DNA of 32,779 bases from a virus (lineage: Duplodnaviria > Caudoviricetes). The stretch covers positions 1 to 32,779 of the IMG/VR virus record IMGVR_UViG_3300043478_000008. One strand, written 5' to 3'. Each line of letters begins with the position of its first letter. Position 1 is the first letter of the stretch. A program made the translations under genes and the position numbers. Of the stretch, positions 1-9,216 are shown piece by piece. The notes beneath the pieces were generated by a model. That model did no database searches. It had not been told where the DNA came from and saw nothing but the letters and a program-made list of their open reading frames with translations.

Positions 1-1
1 T

Positions 2-151
2 TCCGATCTGACGACAGCTCTTTCGGTGAAGCTTACTGCCAATCAGGCAGCTGCTCAGGTCGATAGTGTTGCCACTACCGCCGCCGGAGCAGTCGTAGAC
101 CTCAACCTTCTTCTCGCCAAGCTCCGCGCTGCGGGAATTCTTCACGCATAA
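2..151 (+). CDS. Head fibre / decoration protein, C-terminal fragment (5' truncated)
   Basis: Frame 2 reads ...ANQAAAQVDSVATTAAGAVVDLNLLLAKLRAAGILHA-TAA, resembling the phi29 gp8.5-like head fibre C-terminal motif (AAAQADS...NxLLAKLRAAG). Not in the ORF track. Confidence 0.65.
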   Translation, partial: SDLTTALSVKLTANQAAAQVDSVATTAAGAVVDLNLLLAKLRAAGILHA

Positions 152-196
152 GGCTTTTAAAAGTAGTGCAAAACTACACTGAAAGGAGTTGGAACC

Positions 197-550
197 GTGG
201 CAGTAAGACGAGAAAGTGAACCAGAACCAAACGGTTCTCGTCGCCGTCCGGCAACAACTCCTGACGGTAGAGAGAAGCAATTGATCGCAATAGCGGTCGA
301 CCTAGCCGAGAAGCAGATCCTTGCTGGAACGGCATCGGCACAGGTGATCACGCATTACTTGAAGCTTGGTTCTTCACGAGAGCAGCTTGAGCAACAGCGC
401 ATTCGTCATGAGAACGATCTGATGGCCGTGAAGAGAGACGCGATCGCTAAGCAAGAGGACATCCAGCTTCTGTTCGCCGAAGCGACTCGTGCTATGACGT
501 TATACAAAGGCGAAGACGTTCCAGTAAAGGACGAGTACGATGACTTTTAG
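197..550 (+). CDS. Conserved helical protein, putative terminase small subunit
   Basis: SD AAAGGAG upstream of GTG; 117 aa, helical; sits directly before the HNH gene in the packaging region. Function is inferred from position. Confidence 0.5.
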   Translation: MAVRRESEPEPNGSRRRPATTPDGREKQLIAIAVDLAEKQILAGTASAQVITHYLKLGSSREQLEQQRIRHENDLMAVKRDAIAKQEDIQLLFAEATRAMTLYKGEDVPVKDEYDDF

Positions 551-950
551 AACCTACTCGGATCTTAGTCGTATTCACACTTTCGAGGGACGCTACCGCT
601 ATCTCTCTCTGACCGGAACTGTCGGCGAATCGACCTTCGGTTTCGATCGTTGGATCAATCAACGATTCTACAAGTCAAGAGAGTGGCGCCGTATTCGCGA
701 CATCGTAATCGTAAGAGATGATGGATGCGATCTAGGAATTCTAGGTCGAGAGATTCATGAGCCGATGTACATTCACCACATGACTCCGATGTCCGTAAAG
801 GATATTCGAGAAGGTGACGAGTCGATCATCGACCCAGACCATCTAATCACATGTACCCATACTACACACAATGCAATCCACTACGGCGACGAGTCAAAGC
901 TAGCGAAGCCTTTCGTCGAGCGTACAGCTGGTGACACAAAACTATGGTGA
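540..950 (+). CDS. HNH endonuclease (packaging-associated)
   Basis: FYKSREWRRIRDIVIVRDDGCDLG...IHHM...LITC...THNAIH motif; overlaps the upstream gene. Confidence 0.85.
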   Translation: MTFRTYSDLSRIHTFEGRYRYLSLTGTVGESTFGFDRWINQRFYKSREWRRIRDIVIVRDDGCDLGILGREIHEPMYIHHMTPMSVKDIREGDESIIDPDHLITCTHTTHNAIHYGDESKLAKPFVERTAGDTKLW

Positions 951-961
951 AGGAGACATTC

Positions 962-1219
962 ATGCTTAACGACACCGAAATCGCCAATCGCTTCGGGTTC
1001 CACAAGGCCACGGTCGAGGGTGAGAACGCAACGATTCCTCAGCACCGAGACCTTCGAATTGAGTTCCAGCGTCTGGCAAAGATTCTGGATGAGATCCTTC
1101 CCGATGGTCGAGCCAAGGCTGTAGCACTCACGGAGCTGGAAACCACTTCGATGTGGGCTCACAAGGCAGTTGCCGAGCAGGCTCCGGTCATCGACGAGTG
1201 GAAAGGTACTTCGGAATGA
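962..1219 (+). CDS. Acb2/Tad1-hairpin-like protein (possible nucleotide-signal sponge)
   Basis: SD AAGGAGA at 950-956, ATG 962. Motifs NRFGFH and LPDGRAKAVALTELETTSMWAHKAVA resemble the Tad1 C-terminal SRE..ALT..EEA.MW hairpin. Confidence 0.6.
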   Translation: MLNDTEIANRFGFHKATVEGENATIPQHRDLRIEFQRLAKILDEILPDGRAKAVALTELETTSMWAHKAVAEQAPVIDEWKGTSE

Positions 1220-2085
1220 GTTCTAACTACGATCAGTCAATGGAGTATTTCGCCAACGGCTTCATCGCCCTAGCGCCTAAGGACCTGGAGCTCGGCGGTA
1301 TCTACGCTGACAAGCCGGGTTACCACAATAAGCGAGTTGACCTTCCGAGTAACGACTACAGCGTTGCTGAGTTCGCAATCGATCGACAGGGTCCTTCCGG
1401 TAACGCTTCCGCGGTCGACATCACCAGCAAGTCGGCTCAGAATGGCGACTACGGGATCATCAACAAGTACAGCAAGCGTCTTCTCGCTGCGGGGGAAACG
1501 AAGGATCCTCGAACCACTGGTTGGCGAGAGTTCTTCGGCCAGACAGATGCTGATGGCGGAGTCGAGGGATGGGACTTCGCTAAGAACCATTCGTCGACCA
1601 GTTCCGACACGAGTCACAACTGGCATATTCACCTGTCGGAGCATCGAGGCTACACCACTAGCAAGGACAACAAGGACGCTTTGCTGTCCGTCCTAAGAGG
1701 CGAGACGCTGGATGCCTATAAGGCCCGCGGTGGTAAGTTCGCCGGGGAGTCCACGACTCCGCCCGCTCCGGGTAAGCTTGTAGTCGACGGGAAGCTCGGA
1801 CCGGCCACGGTTTCGGCTTGGCAGAAGATCATGAAGACTCCGGTCGACGGCGTAATCACGGTTCCTTTCAGCAACCTTGTCTATGCTGTCCAGAAGTATC
1901 TGGTCAAGGCGACCGGACGAAACATGCAGCTCGACGGATACGGAATCCTCCAGAACAACGAGCAGTACGAGACGGTGGCTGCGCTTCAGCGTTATCTTGG
2001 AGTGCTTGTCGATCATCGCCTTTCTGTTCCAGTCTCTGGCACCGTGATCGCCCTTCAGAAGCGTCTCAACACCGGTAAGTTCTAA
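1216..2085 (+). CDS. Endolysin: putative M15/hedgehog-like Zn peptidase plus peptidoglycan-binding repeats
   Basis: ATGA overlap with the previous stop. Candidate Zn ligands in GYHN, AVDI and SHNWHIHLS; Pro linker; C-terminal LVVDGKLGPATVSAWQ / VDGVI / LDG..TVAALQRYL repeats. Confidence 0.75.
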   Translation: MSSNYDQSMEYFANGFIALAPKDLELGGIYADKPGYHNKRVDLPSNDYSVAEFAIDRQGPSGNASAVDITSKSAQNGDYGIINKYSKRLLAAGETKDPRTTGWREFFGQTDADGGVEGWDFAKNHSSTSSDTSHNWHIHLSEHRGYTTSKDNKDALLSVLRGETLDAYKARGGKFAGESTTPPAPGKLVVDGKLGPATVSAWQKIMKTPVDGVITVPFSNLVYAVQKYLVKATGRNMQLDGYGILQNNEQYETVAALQRYLGVLVDHRLSVPVSGTVIALQKRLNTGKF

Positions 2086-2103
2086 CCGAGGGAGGTGTTC
2101 CAC

Positions 2104-2481
2104 GTGTCAACCAGCATTCTTACCGACGTCAAAAAGGTTCTCAACATAGCTGAGGAACTCACGGCCTTCGATGTCGATATTACGATGCACATCAACACGG
2201 TCTTCTCGACGCTCAACCAGTTGGGCATCGGCCCCGTCGACGGTTCTGGTGTCCTTCTCGGCTTCGAGATCGAAGATAAGACCACCACGTGGGACGCCTT
2301 CGTTACGGATCTTCGAATGAACAGCCTTAGGTCATTGATCTACCTTAAGGTTCGAATGCTCTTCGATCCGCCGACCACCGCGCACCACATCACAGCAATG
2401 GCGAACCAGATCGCGGAACTAGAATCCCGACTGAGCCTCCTGAGGGAGAGTGAATCATGGACACCGCCGGTCTCGGTATAG
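2104..2481 (+). CDS. Head-tail connector (gp6/gp15-like adaptor)
   Basis: SD GGAGG at 2091, GTG 2104; SIL..VKK.L...FD.DI.MHINTVFS.L.QLGIGP and YLKVR.LFDPP motifs typical of connectors in this phage group. Confidence 0.65.
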   Translation: MSTSILTDVKKVLNIAEELTAFDVDITMHINTVFSTLNQLGIGPVDGSGVLLGFEIEDKTTTWDAFVTDLRMNSLRSLIYLKVRMLFDPPTTAHHITAMANQIAELESRLSLLRESESWTPPVSV

Positions 2482-3020
2482 ACGACCTCCGACACTTCGG
2501 TGTCAAAGGTATGCGCTGGGGTCAGCACAAGTCTGGTAAGGGCCCTAAGGCTACGGCCAGCGAATCTTCCACCGCTGCACGAGTGATCGCAGAATCGGTC
2601 GGTAAGACTGCCAAAGCACTAGCAAAGAAGCACGGCCCTGATATTCAGACGGCCCGAGCGGGTTTCGCTAAGCCAACCCCAACTAAGCAGTCTCATGCCG
2701 AGAAGATCTCGGCTGCAGGAGGTCTTCACAAGATCTCCGACAAGGATCTCAAGGCTATGTTGTCTCGTCTTGACACTGAAAAGAAGTACAACGCGATCCT
2801 TAACGAGGACCGTCAGAAGAGAATCGACGGTGGGAAGGCGCTACTTAGGGTCCTCGGAGAGGTCGGTAAGTTTGCGATCCCGATCGTCCTTGGTGCAGTC
2901 GCTGCTAAGGGCGCGGCTAGTGGGTTCCGTGGAGAATCTCCGTTCAAGGCACCGATCTTCGATCCTAAGGTAATTTCAGGCGTTGCACGGTCGTTGAGTC
3001 GGTTCCCGCAAGGACACTAG
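2457..3020 (+). CDS. LxH-FGxKGMxWG-tagged protein 1, putative internal virion protein
   Basis: N-terminal DDLRHFGVKGMRWGQHK; basic; lies immediately before TerL. Confidence 0.75.
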   Translation: MDTAGLGIDDLRHFGVKGMRWGQHKSGKGPKATASESSTAARVIAESVGKTAKALAKKHGPDIQTARAGFAKPTPTKQSHAEKISAAGGLHKISDKDLKAMLSRLDTEKKYNAILNEDRQKRIDGGKALLRVLGEVGKFAIPIVLGAVAAKGAASGFRGESPFKAPIFDPKVISGVARSLSRFPQGH

Positions 3021-3035
3021 AAGGGAGGGTTGGCA

Positions 3036-4772
3036 ATGAGTTTGTCGAATACTGCGACTCCTGTCTATTACGGACAATTTCGTGACGCGGTACTTCGAGG
3101 GGATATTCCTGTTTGCCGGGAGATCTCAATGGAGATGAACCGCATCGACGCGCTCATCGCCAATCCGAACTACTGGTACGACGACAAGGCAATCGACGGT
3201 TTCATCCTTTACTGCGAGAACGAGCTTACTCTCACCGACGGTAGCGATTTCCACATGCTACCCTCATTCAAGCTGTGGGCCGAGCAGATCTTCGGATGGT
3301 ATCACTTCATCGAGCGTCAAGTTTGGGATCATCAGCAGGCAAGATTCGTCACCAAGATCATCAAGAAGCGTTTGATCGAGAAGCAGTATCTGATTGTTGC
3401 TCGTGGTGCGGCCAAGTCCATGTACGGTATGGCCATCCAAGCCTACTTCTTGAACGTGGACACGTCGACGACGCACCAGATCACTACAGCGCCGACGATG
3501 AAACAAGCTGACGAAGTAATGTCTCCCTTTAGGACGGCGATCACTCGCGCACGCGGGGCTCTGTTCAAGTTCCTGACCTACGGCTCCGCCCAGAACACGA
3601 CGGGCTCAAGGGCTCTGCGACAAAAACTTGTGTCCACCAAGAAGGGTATCGAGAACTTCCTGACTGGTTCTTTGCTCGAAGTTCGCCCAATGTCGATCGC
3701 CAAACTTCAGGGACTCAGACCCAAGGTCTCTACAGTTGACGAATGGCTGTCAGGAGATCTTCGGGAAGACGTTGTCGGCGCAATCGAGCAGGGTGCATCT
3801 AAGCTTGACGAATGGTTGATCGTCGCAATCAGCTCAGAAGGAACCGTCCGTAACGGTTCTGGCGATACAATCAAAATGGAGCTAATGTCCATTCTCCGTG
3901 GTGAGGGAACTCCCGCGGACAACATCTCGATCTTCCATTACAAGCTCGATGAACTGACTGAGGTAGCCGATCCGGCCATGTGGCCCAAGGCGCAACCCAA
4001 CATCGGGTTGACTGTGACATACGAGACCTACCAGCAGGACGTCGAGCGAGCTGAGCGTGCTCCAGCTTCTAGGAATGACATCCTAGCTAAGCGATTCGGG
4101 ATCCCGATGGAAGGTTTCACCTATTTCTTCACCTATGAAGAGACTAAGCCGCATAAGCTCAGGCCTCAGGCGTTCTGGAAGAATGCATGTGCCATGGGCG
4201 CGGACCTTTCTCAAGGCGATGACTTCTGCGCATTTACGTTCCTGTTTCCTCTAGGGATGGGTTTTGGAGTAAAGACCAGAAGTTACATTACCCGGTTGAC
4301 TCTGCACAAATTGTCTGGTGCTATGCGGGCTAAGTACGAAACGTTCATCGAAGAAGACAGTCTTCATGTTCTAGAGGGAACCGTCCTCGACATGATGGAA
4401 GTTTACGATGATCTCGAAGCCTTCATTGACCGCGAGCAGTATGACGTCCGAGCTTTCGGATTCGACCCGTACAATGCCAAGGAATTTGTGACTCGCTGGG
4501 AGACAGAGAACGGCGCCTTTGCTATCGAGAAGGTAATTCAGGGAGCACGAACTGAGAGTGTTCCTCTCGGTGAGTTGAAGATTCTGAGCGAAGAGCGCAT
4601 ATTGTTCTTCGATCAGCTTCTGATGCAGTTTGCAATGGGAAACGCTATCACCATCGAGGACACGAACGGTAATCGCAAGCTCCTCAAGAAACGAATTGAA
4701 GACAAAATCGACAACGTGTCGGCTCTTATGGATGCCTACGTCGCCTGGAAGCTACACAAGGAGATGTTCTAG
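3036..4772 (+). CDS. terL: Terminase large subunit
   Basis: About 578 aa; Walker A-like IVARGAAKS, Walker B STVDEW, nuclease motifs GADLSQGDD, FDPYNA and KIDNVSALMDA; SD GGGAGGG (alternative TTG start at 3030). Confidence 0.95.
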   Translation: MSLSNTATPVYYGQFRDAVLRGDIPVCREISMEMNRIDALIANPNYWYDDKAIDGFILYCENELTLTDGSDFHMLPSFKLWAEQIFGWYHFIERQVWDHQQARFVTKIIKKRLIEKQYLIVARGAAKSMYGMAIQAYFLNVDTSTTHQITTAPTMKQADEVMSPFRTAITRARGALFKFLTYGSAQNTTGSRALRQKLVSTKKGIENFLTGSLLEVRPMSIAKLQGLRPKVSTVDEWLSGDLREDVVGAIEQGASKLDEWLIVAISSEGTVRNGSGDTIKMELMSILRGEGTPADNISIFHYKLDELTEVADPAMWPKAQPNIGLTVTYETYQQDVERAERAPASRNDILAKRFGIPMEGFTYFFTYEETKPHKLRPQAFWKNACAMGADLSQGDDFCAFTFLFPLGMGFGVKTRSYITRLTLHKLSGAMRAKYETFIEEDSLHVLEGTVLDMMEVYDDLEAFIDREQYDVRAFGFDPYNAKEFVTRWETENGAFAIEKVIQGARTESVPLGELKILSEERILFFDQLLMQFAMGNAITIEDTNGNRKLLKKRIEDKIDNVSALMDAYVAWKLHKEMF

Positions 4773-5122
4773 TGAGTGAGATGACGCACGAAGAGGCTCT
4801 TGCGCACTTCGGTGTCAAGGGCATGCACTGGGGCTTTCGCAAGGGATCTGTGAAGACTCCACGTTCCAAGAAGGAAGTTGCTGCACGCGCTCAGAAGATC
4901 GATAAGGCAGTTCGGCTGACCGCAATTGGTGCCGCGGCACTTATTACCTTTGGTCCTGGCGTCATGCGTGCGACTCGTATCCTGTCCGCCCATGTCAACA
5001 ACGCCAAGATTGCCTCCGCTGGAGCCAGGGCAGCTGCGGCATTATTCTCCGACAGCAACGGAATCGGAAGTCACCGGATTATTGACCTCGGGTTCAGTGC
5101 CGCTTCGGGCGCATGGGGGTAA
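4772..5122 (+). CDS. LxH-FGxKGMxWG-tagged protein 2
   Basis: EEALAHFGVKGMHWGFRK then a hydrophobic segment; start 4772 (GTG) or 4781 (ATG). Confidence 0.75.
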   Translation: MSEMTHEEALAHFGVKGMHWGFRKGSVKTPRSKKEVAARAQKIDKAVRLTAIGAAALITFGPGVMRATRILSAHVNNAKIASAGARAAAALFSDSNGIGSHRIIDLGFSAASGAWG

Positions 5123-5123
5123 G

Positions 5124-5525
5124 ATGCCACATGAGATGACATATTCCGAGGCTCTTGCTCACTTCGGTATAAAGGGTATGCATTGGGGGACTCATAAGGC
5201 CCAGCCAGGTTCTCCAAAGATCAGCTCAACGAGGCCCACTTCGAAAAAGCCCCGTTTTACGGGGACGAAGCCTCCCTCGCGTCCGAGAGAAGCAACTAGC
5301 GACGCGGTCCGAGCAGATCAGATCGTCGCTAAGGCTTTGAACCGCGGCTATGATCGATCCGTTGGTGTGGCCATGGCGACACATATTCGTGACGTTCCCA
5401 GTCACTCTCATAGTTCCGATCCTGGAGTCAACGCTCTTCTGTCTAGGGTCTTGACTCAGTCCGTTAACCGAGTGGAAGAACAAGCCGGACGCCAGTTCAT
5501 GGCGAACCTTCCCACAGGTCGATAA
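5124..5525 (+). CDS. LxH-FGxKGMxWG-tagged protein 3
   Basis: ATG 5124 just after the previous stop; SEALAHFGIKGMHWGTHK; the 5' DNA resembles that of the preceding gene. Confidence 0.7.
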   Translation: MPHEMTYSEALAHFGIKGMHWGTHKAQPGSPKISSTRPTSKKPRFTGTKPPSRPREATSDAVRADQIVAKALNRGYDRSVGVAMATHIRDVPSHSHSSDPGVNALLSRVLTQSVNRVEEQAGRQFMANLPTGR

Positions 5526-5552
5526 TAATCGAGTGCCAGAAGGAGGTGACTC

Positions 5553-6863
5553 ATGGCAACACTGCGTTCCCGGTTTTCTAGAGCTATATCTTCTGGGCTG
5601 TCGCATGCGTGGAATGCGTTTACCTCTCAGAACCTAGCGTCTGATCCTCCAACGGCTACTGGAGGAGGCGTCTGGTATGGCGGGAGACAGGACCGGTCCA
5701 GATCGGTAACGAGTTTTAACGGAGAACGTACGATCGTCGCATCGATCTACAACAGATTGTCCATCGACGCCGCAGCAATGGAGATTCTCCAAGTTCGGCT
5801 CAACGACGACGGACAATTCGTCGATATTGTGGACAGTGGATTGAACAACTGCCTTACGGTCGAGGCTAACATAGACCAGGGTGGTCGACACTTTCGGCAG
5901 GACATCATATCTACGATGTTCCGAAAGGGTTGTGTCGCGATCGTTCCTGTGGACACCACAGTCAATCCTTCTCTGGGTAGTTTCGACATCAAGACGATGC
6001 GCGTCGGTGAGATTATCGAGTGGCGCTCCTATAAAGTGAGGGTTCGAGTCTACAACGAACGCTCAGGGATACAGGAAGACATCTGGCTTGATAAGAAGTT
6101 CGTAGCCATTGCGGAGAATCCGTTCTACGAGGTTATGAACGAGCCGAACTCGACTCTCAGACGTCTCATTGAGAAACTTGCGCTTCTGGACGCCATTGAC
6201 AAGCAGTCTGGATCTGGAAAGCTAGATCTTATCATCCAGCTTCCTTACGTGGTTAAGGGTGAAGTCCTTCGTGAGAGGGCGGCGCAACGCAAGACTGACA
6301 TAGAATTCCAGTTGGCGAATAGCCAGTATGGAATTGCATACATCGATGGCACTGAGAAGGTCACACAGCTTAACCGCCCAACGGAGAACAACCTTCTAAA
6401 GCAGGTTGAGTACCTAACCGCCATGCTGTACAACCAGTTGGGTCTCACGGTTGAGGTAATGAACGGCACTGCTGATGAAGCAGCCATGCTGAATTACTAC
6501 GCTCGTACAATTGACCCCATCGTCGCTGCGCCAGTCGAGGCTATGCGTAGAACTTTCCTGTCCAAGACGGCCCGGACACAGAAACAGACGATGATGGCCT
6601 TCCACGACCCGTTCAAGTTTGTCCCGCTCAGCCAGATTGCTGAGATCGCTGACAAGTTTACTCGGAGCAATGTCGCGGTCCCCAACGACATCCGGCCTAA
6701 GATCGGCCTGAAGCCGTTGAAGGATCCGTTGGCCAACACGCTCGGCAATCCAAACATGCCGAGCGACAAACAGCTCACGTCAGGGCCCCAGAAAGCGGTC
6801 GAGGCTCGGCCAAAGCAGCTACAACTAACTGGAAGTGGAGGAACAAGTCAAAATGGAGCCTAA
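5553..6863 (+). CDS. Portal protein
   Basis: 436 aa between TerL and capsid; SD AAGGAGG; NPFYEVMNEPNSTL and GKLDLIIQLPY motifs. Confidence 0.9.
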   Translation: MATLRSRFSRAISSGLSHAWNAFTSQNLASDPPTATGGGVWYGGRQDRSRSVTSFNGERTIVASIYNRLSIDAAAMEILQVRLNDDGQFVDIVDSGLNNCLTVEANIDQGGRHFRQDIISTMFRKGCVAIVPVDTTVNPSLGSFDIKTMRVGEIIEWRSYKVRVRVYNERSGIQEDIWLDKKFVAIAENPFYEVMNEPNSTLRRLIEKLALLDAIDKQSGSGKLDLIIQLPYVVKGEVLRERAAQRKTDIEFQLANSQYGIAYIDGTEKVTQLNRPTENNLLKQVEYLTAMLYNQLGLTVEVMNGTADEAAMLNYYARTIDPIVAAPVEAMRRTFLSKTARTQKQTMMAFHDPFKFVPLSQIAEIADKFTRSNVAVPNDIRPKIGLKPLKDPLANTLGNPNMPSDKQLTSGPQKAVEARPKQLQLTGSGGTSQNGA

Positions 6864-8874
6864 TTTCAGCGGCTGGGCTACTCGTCCAGACATTAAGTGC
6901 ACTGACGGCCGAACCATCAAGCCCGGCGCATTTGAACACATGGACGGCAAGAAGGTTCCGCTGGTGTGGTCTCACACCCACGACTCTCCCGAGCACGTTC
7001 TCGGTCATGTCCTGCTGGAGAAGAAGAACGGCGGGCTTCGCTGCCACGGGTTCTTCAACGAGACTCCGGCTGGCGTTGCTGCTCGTCTGATGGTCGAGCA
7101 CGGCGACGTTGATTCTCTGTCCATCTGGGCCAACCGGCTCACCGAGAAGGCTAAGCAGGTGTTCCACGGCTTCGTTCGAGAGGTCAGTCTGGTCCTTGCC
7201 GGTGCCAACGAAGGTGCGAAGATTGACAATGTGAATCTTCAGCATGGTGATGGTGAGTCGGAGATCCTGGATGACGAAGCGATCATCTTCACAGGTCTCG
7301 ATCTTGAGCTTCACGTGGCGCACGATGGTTCTGCGGACAAGACGGTTCAGGATGTCTATGACAGCTTCACCGACGAGCAGAAGAATGTCGTCAATTTCCT
7401 CATCGGTTCCGCCCTGTCTGCAAGCACGGGCGGCTCGATGGCGCAGTCGGACGAGGCCGACGAAGAAGACGAGGCCGTTGAAGACGGCAGCGAAGAGAAG
7501 ACCCCCGAGGACGCAAGCCTCACTCACCAGGAAGGATCCGACGACGTGACTGCGAACGTGTTTGACAACAAGAGCACGAATGAAGGTAGTTCGAAGGAGA
7601 AGCGCACTCTGTCTCACGCGGATCAGCAGGCGATTCTTAAGCTTGCCAAGCGTCCTGGGCAGACTCTGAAGACTGCTCTGGAGGACTGGTACGAGGACAA
7701 CCGCGCCGACATGCTGGCGCACGGTGTGGAGTCTTTGGAGACTCTGTTCCCGGATGCCAAGAACATCACGGGCAACCCGGACTTCATCAAGCGTCAGACC
7801 GACTGGGTTGTCGGTGTTCTGAACGGGGTCAGCAAGACTCCCTTCTCCCGCATCAAGACTCTTCTGGCTGACATCACCCAGGAAGAGGCTCGTGCCCTCG
7901 GCTACATCAAGGGTACGCTGAAGAAGGAAGAGTGGATCTCCGTCACGAAGCGGACCACTGCTCCGACGACCGTCTACAAGAAGCAGCGTCTTGACCGCGA
8001 TGATATCCTCGACATTGTCGATTTCGACGTCGTCATCTGGATCAAGGCCGAGATGCGCATCATGCTGGAAGAGGAGCTCGCTCGTGCGATCCTCATCGGC
8101 GATGGTCGTGACTCGGGCAGCGACGACAAGATCAAGGACCCGATGGGTGAGCGTGATGGTATCGGCATCCGATCCATCTCGAACGACAGCGCGATCTACA
8201 CGACCACGATCAACCACCAGTTCGATGCCGACACGCCGGATTACAACGCTCTGATCGAGCGGATCCTGCTGTCGCGTGACCAGATGAAGGGTTCTGGTAT
8301 CCCCACGTTCTACACCACGTGGAAGATCATGACCCGGATGCTTCTGGCCAAGGACGCGTTCAACCGTCGGCTGTACTTCACCAAGGCAGAGCTTGCCTCG
8401 GCGCTGATGGTTCAGGACATCGTCCCGGTCGAGGTCATGGAGTCTGACACGGCGACGATCGGTCTGCTCGTCAACCTCCAGGACTACAGCGTTGGTACGG
8501 ACAAGGGTGGCGAAGTCAACCTGTTTGACGACTTCGACATTGACTACAACCGCTTTGTGTACCTGATGGAGACCCGTATGTCGGGTGCCCTCACCAAGTA
8601 CAAGGCGGCCATGGTCATCCGCAACATCGACCCGACGTACACTCTGGTCACTCCGGCGGCGCCGACGTTTGTCAAGGCGACCGGCGTTGTCACGATCGTG
8701 GCGACGACCCACATCACCTACAAGAACGCTGACACGGGCGCTACCCTGTCGACGGGTGCTCAGACGGCCCTCGACCCGGGCGCGACCCTGAATGTTGTTG
8801 CGGTGCCGGCGGCCACCTACTTCGTCGACGACACCATGACGTCGACCTGGTCCTTCACGCGTCATCACGCGTAA
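6853..8874 (+). CDS. Prohead protease-scaffold-major capsid fusion with C-terminal Ig-like extension
   Basis: N-terminal HK97-type protease (VPLVWSH, LSIWAN, EVSLVLAGAN); acidic linker; capsid motifs (LEEELARAILIGDGR, FDDFDIDYN..YLMETRMSGAL); Thr-rich Ig-like tail. Confidence 0.9.
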   Translation: MEPNFSGWATRPDIKCTDGRTIKPGAFEHMDGKKVPLVWSHTHDSPEHVLGHVLLEKKNGGLRCHGFFNETPAGVAARLMVEHGDVDSLSIWANRLTEKAKQVFHGFVREVSLVLAGANEGAKIDNVNLQHGDGESEILDDEAIIFTGLDLELHVAHDGSADKTVQDVYDSFTDEQKNVVNFLIGSALSASTGGSMAQSDEADEEDEAVEDGSEEKTPEDASLTHQEGSDDVTANVFDNKSTNEGSSKEKRTLSHADQQAILKLAKRPGQTLKTALEDWYEDNRADMLAHGVESLETLFPDAKNITGNPDFIKRQTDWVVGVLNGVSKTPFSRIKTLLADITQEEARALGYIKGTLKKEEWISVTKRTTAPTTVYKKQRLDRDDILDIVDFDVVIWIKAEMRIMLEEELARAILIGDGRDSGSDDKIKDPMGERDGIGIRSISNDSAIYTTTINHQFDADTPDYNALIERILLSRDQMKGSGIPTFYTTWKIMTRMLLAKDAFNRRLYFTKAELASALMVQDIVPVEVMESDTATIGLLVNLQDYSVGTDKGGEVNLFDDFDIDYNRFVYLMETRMSGALTKYKAAMVIRNIDPTYTLVTPAAPTFVKATGVVTIVATTHITYKNADTGATLSTGAQTALDPGATLNVVAVPAATYFVDDTMTSTWSFTRHHA

Positions 8875-8889
8875 GGTATATCTCTCGCG

Positions 8890-9216
8890 ATGAGGTTCTC
8901 CGGACTCATCGGGTTCTCGGGAGTTATGGTTGAGGATCCCCCTGGAGCCTACGCTCCTACTACGATGACCGAAAGATTATATTTCGGCGATGTAATTAGG
9001 AATTCGAGAGGACTCCAGGGGGACCAGCGGGTGAATCCGAATGTCACTGTTGGAAACTCAATCAGTATTGTCGCGGACGCCCTTGCCAACGAAAACTTCA
9101 TGAACATTCGCTATATCGGATGGATGGGGTACTTGTGGACTGTCGAGAATGTCGACGTGCAGGCACCCCGTCTTATTCTCAGGCTGGGGGATGTATACAA
9201 TGGGCCGACGGCTTGA
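8890..9216 (+). CDS. Head-tail stopper/adaptor
   Basis: 108 aa directly after the capsid gene; beta-rich (ISIVAD, WTVENVDV..PRLIL.LG.VYNG). Confidence 0.65.
   Translation: MRFSGLIGFSGVMVEDPPGAYAPTTMTERLYFGDVIRNSRGLQGDQRVNPNVTVGNSISIVADALANENFMNIRYIGWMGYLWTVENVDVQAPRLILRLGDVYNGPTA

Noticed and set aside
6775-8868. 697-aa antisense ORF opposite the capsid gene
   Set aside because: Exact shadow of a strongly codon-biased sense gene; no SD and no protein-like motifs.
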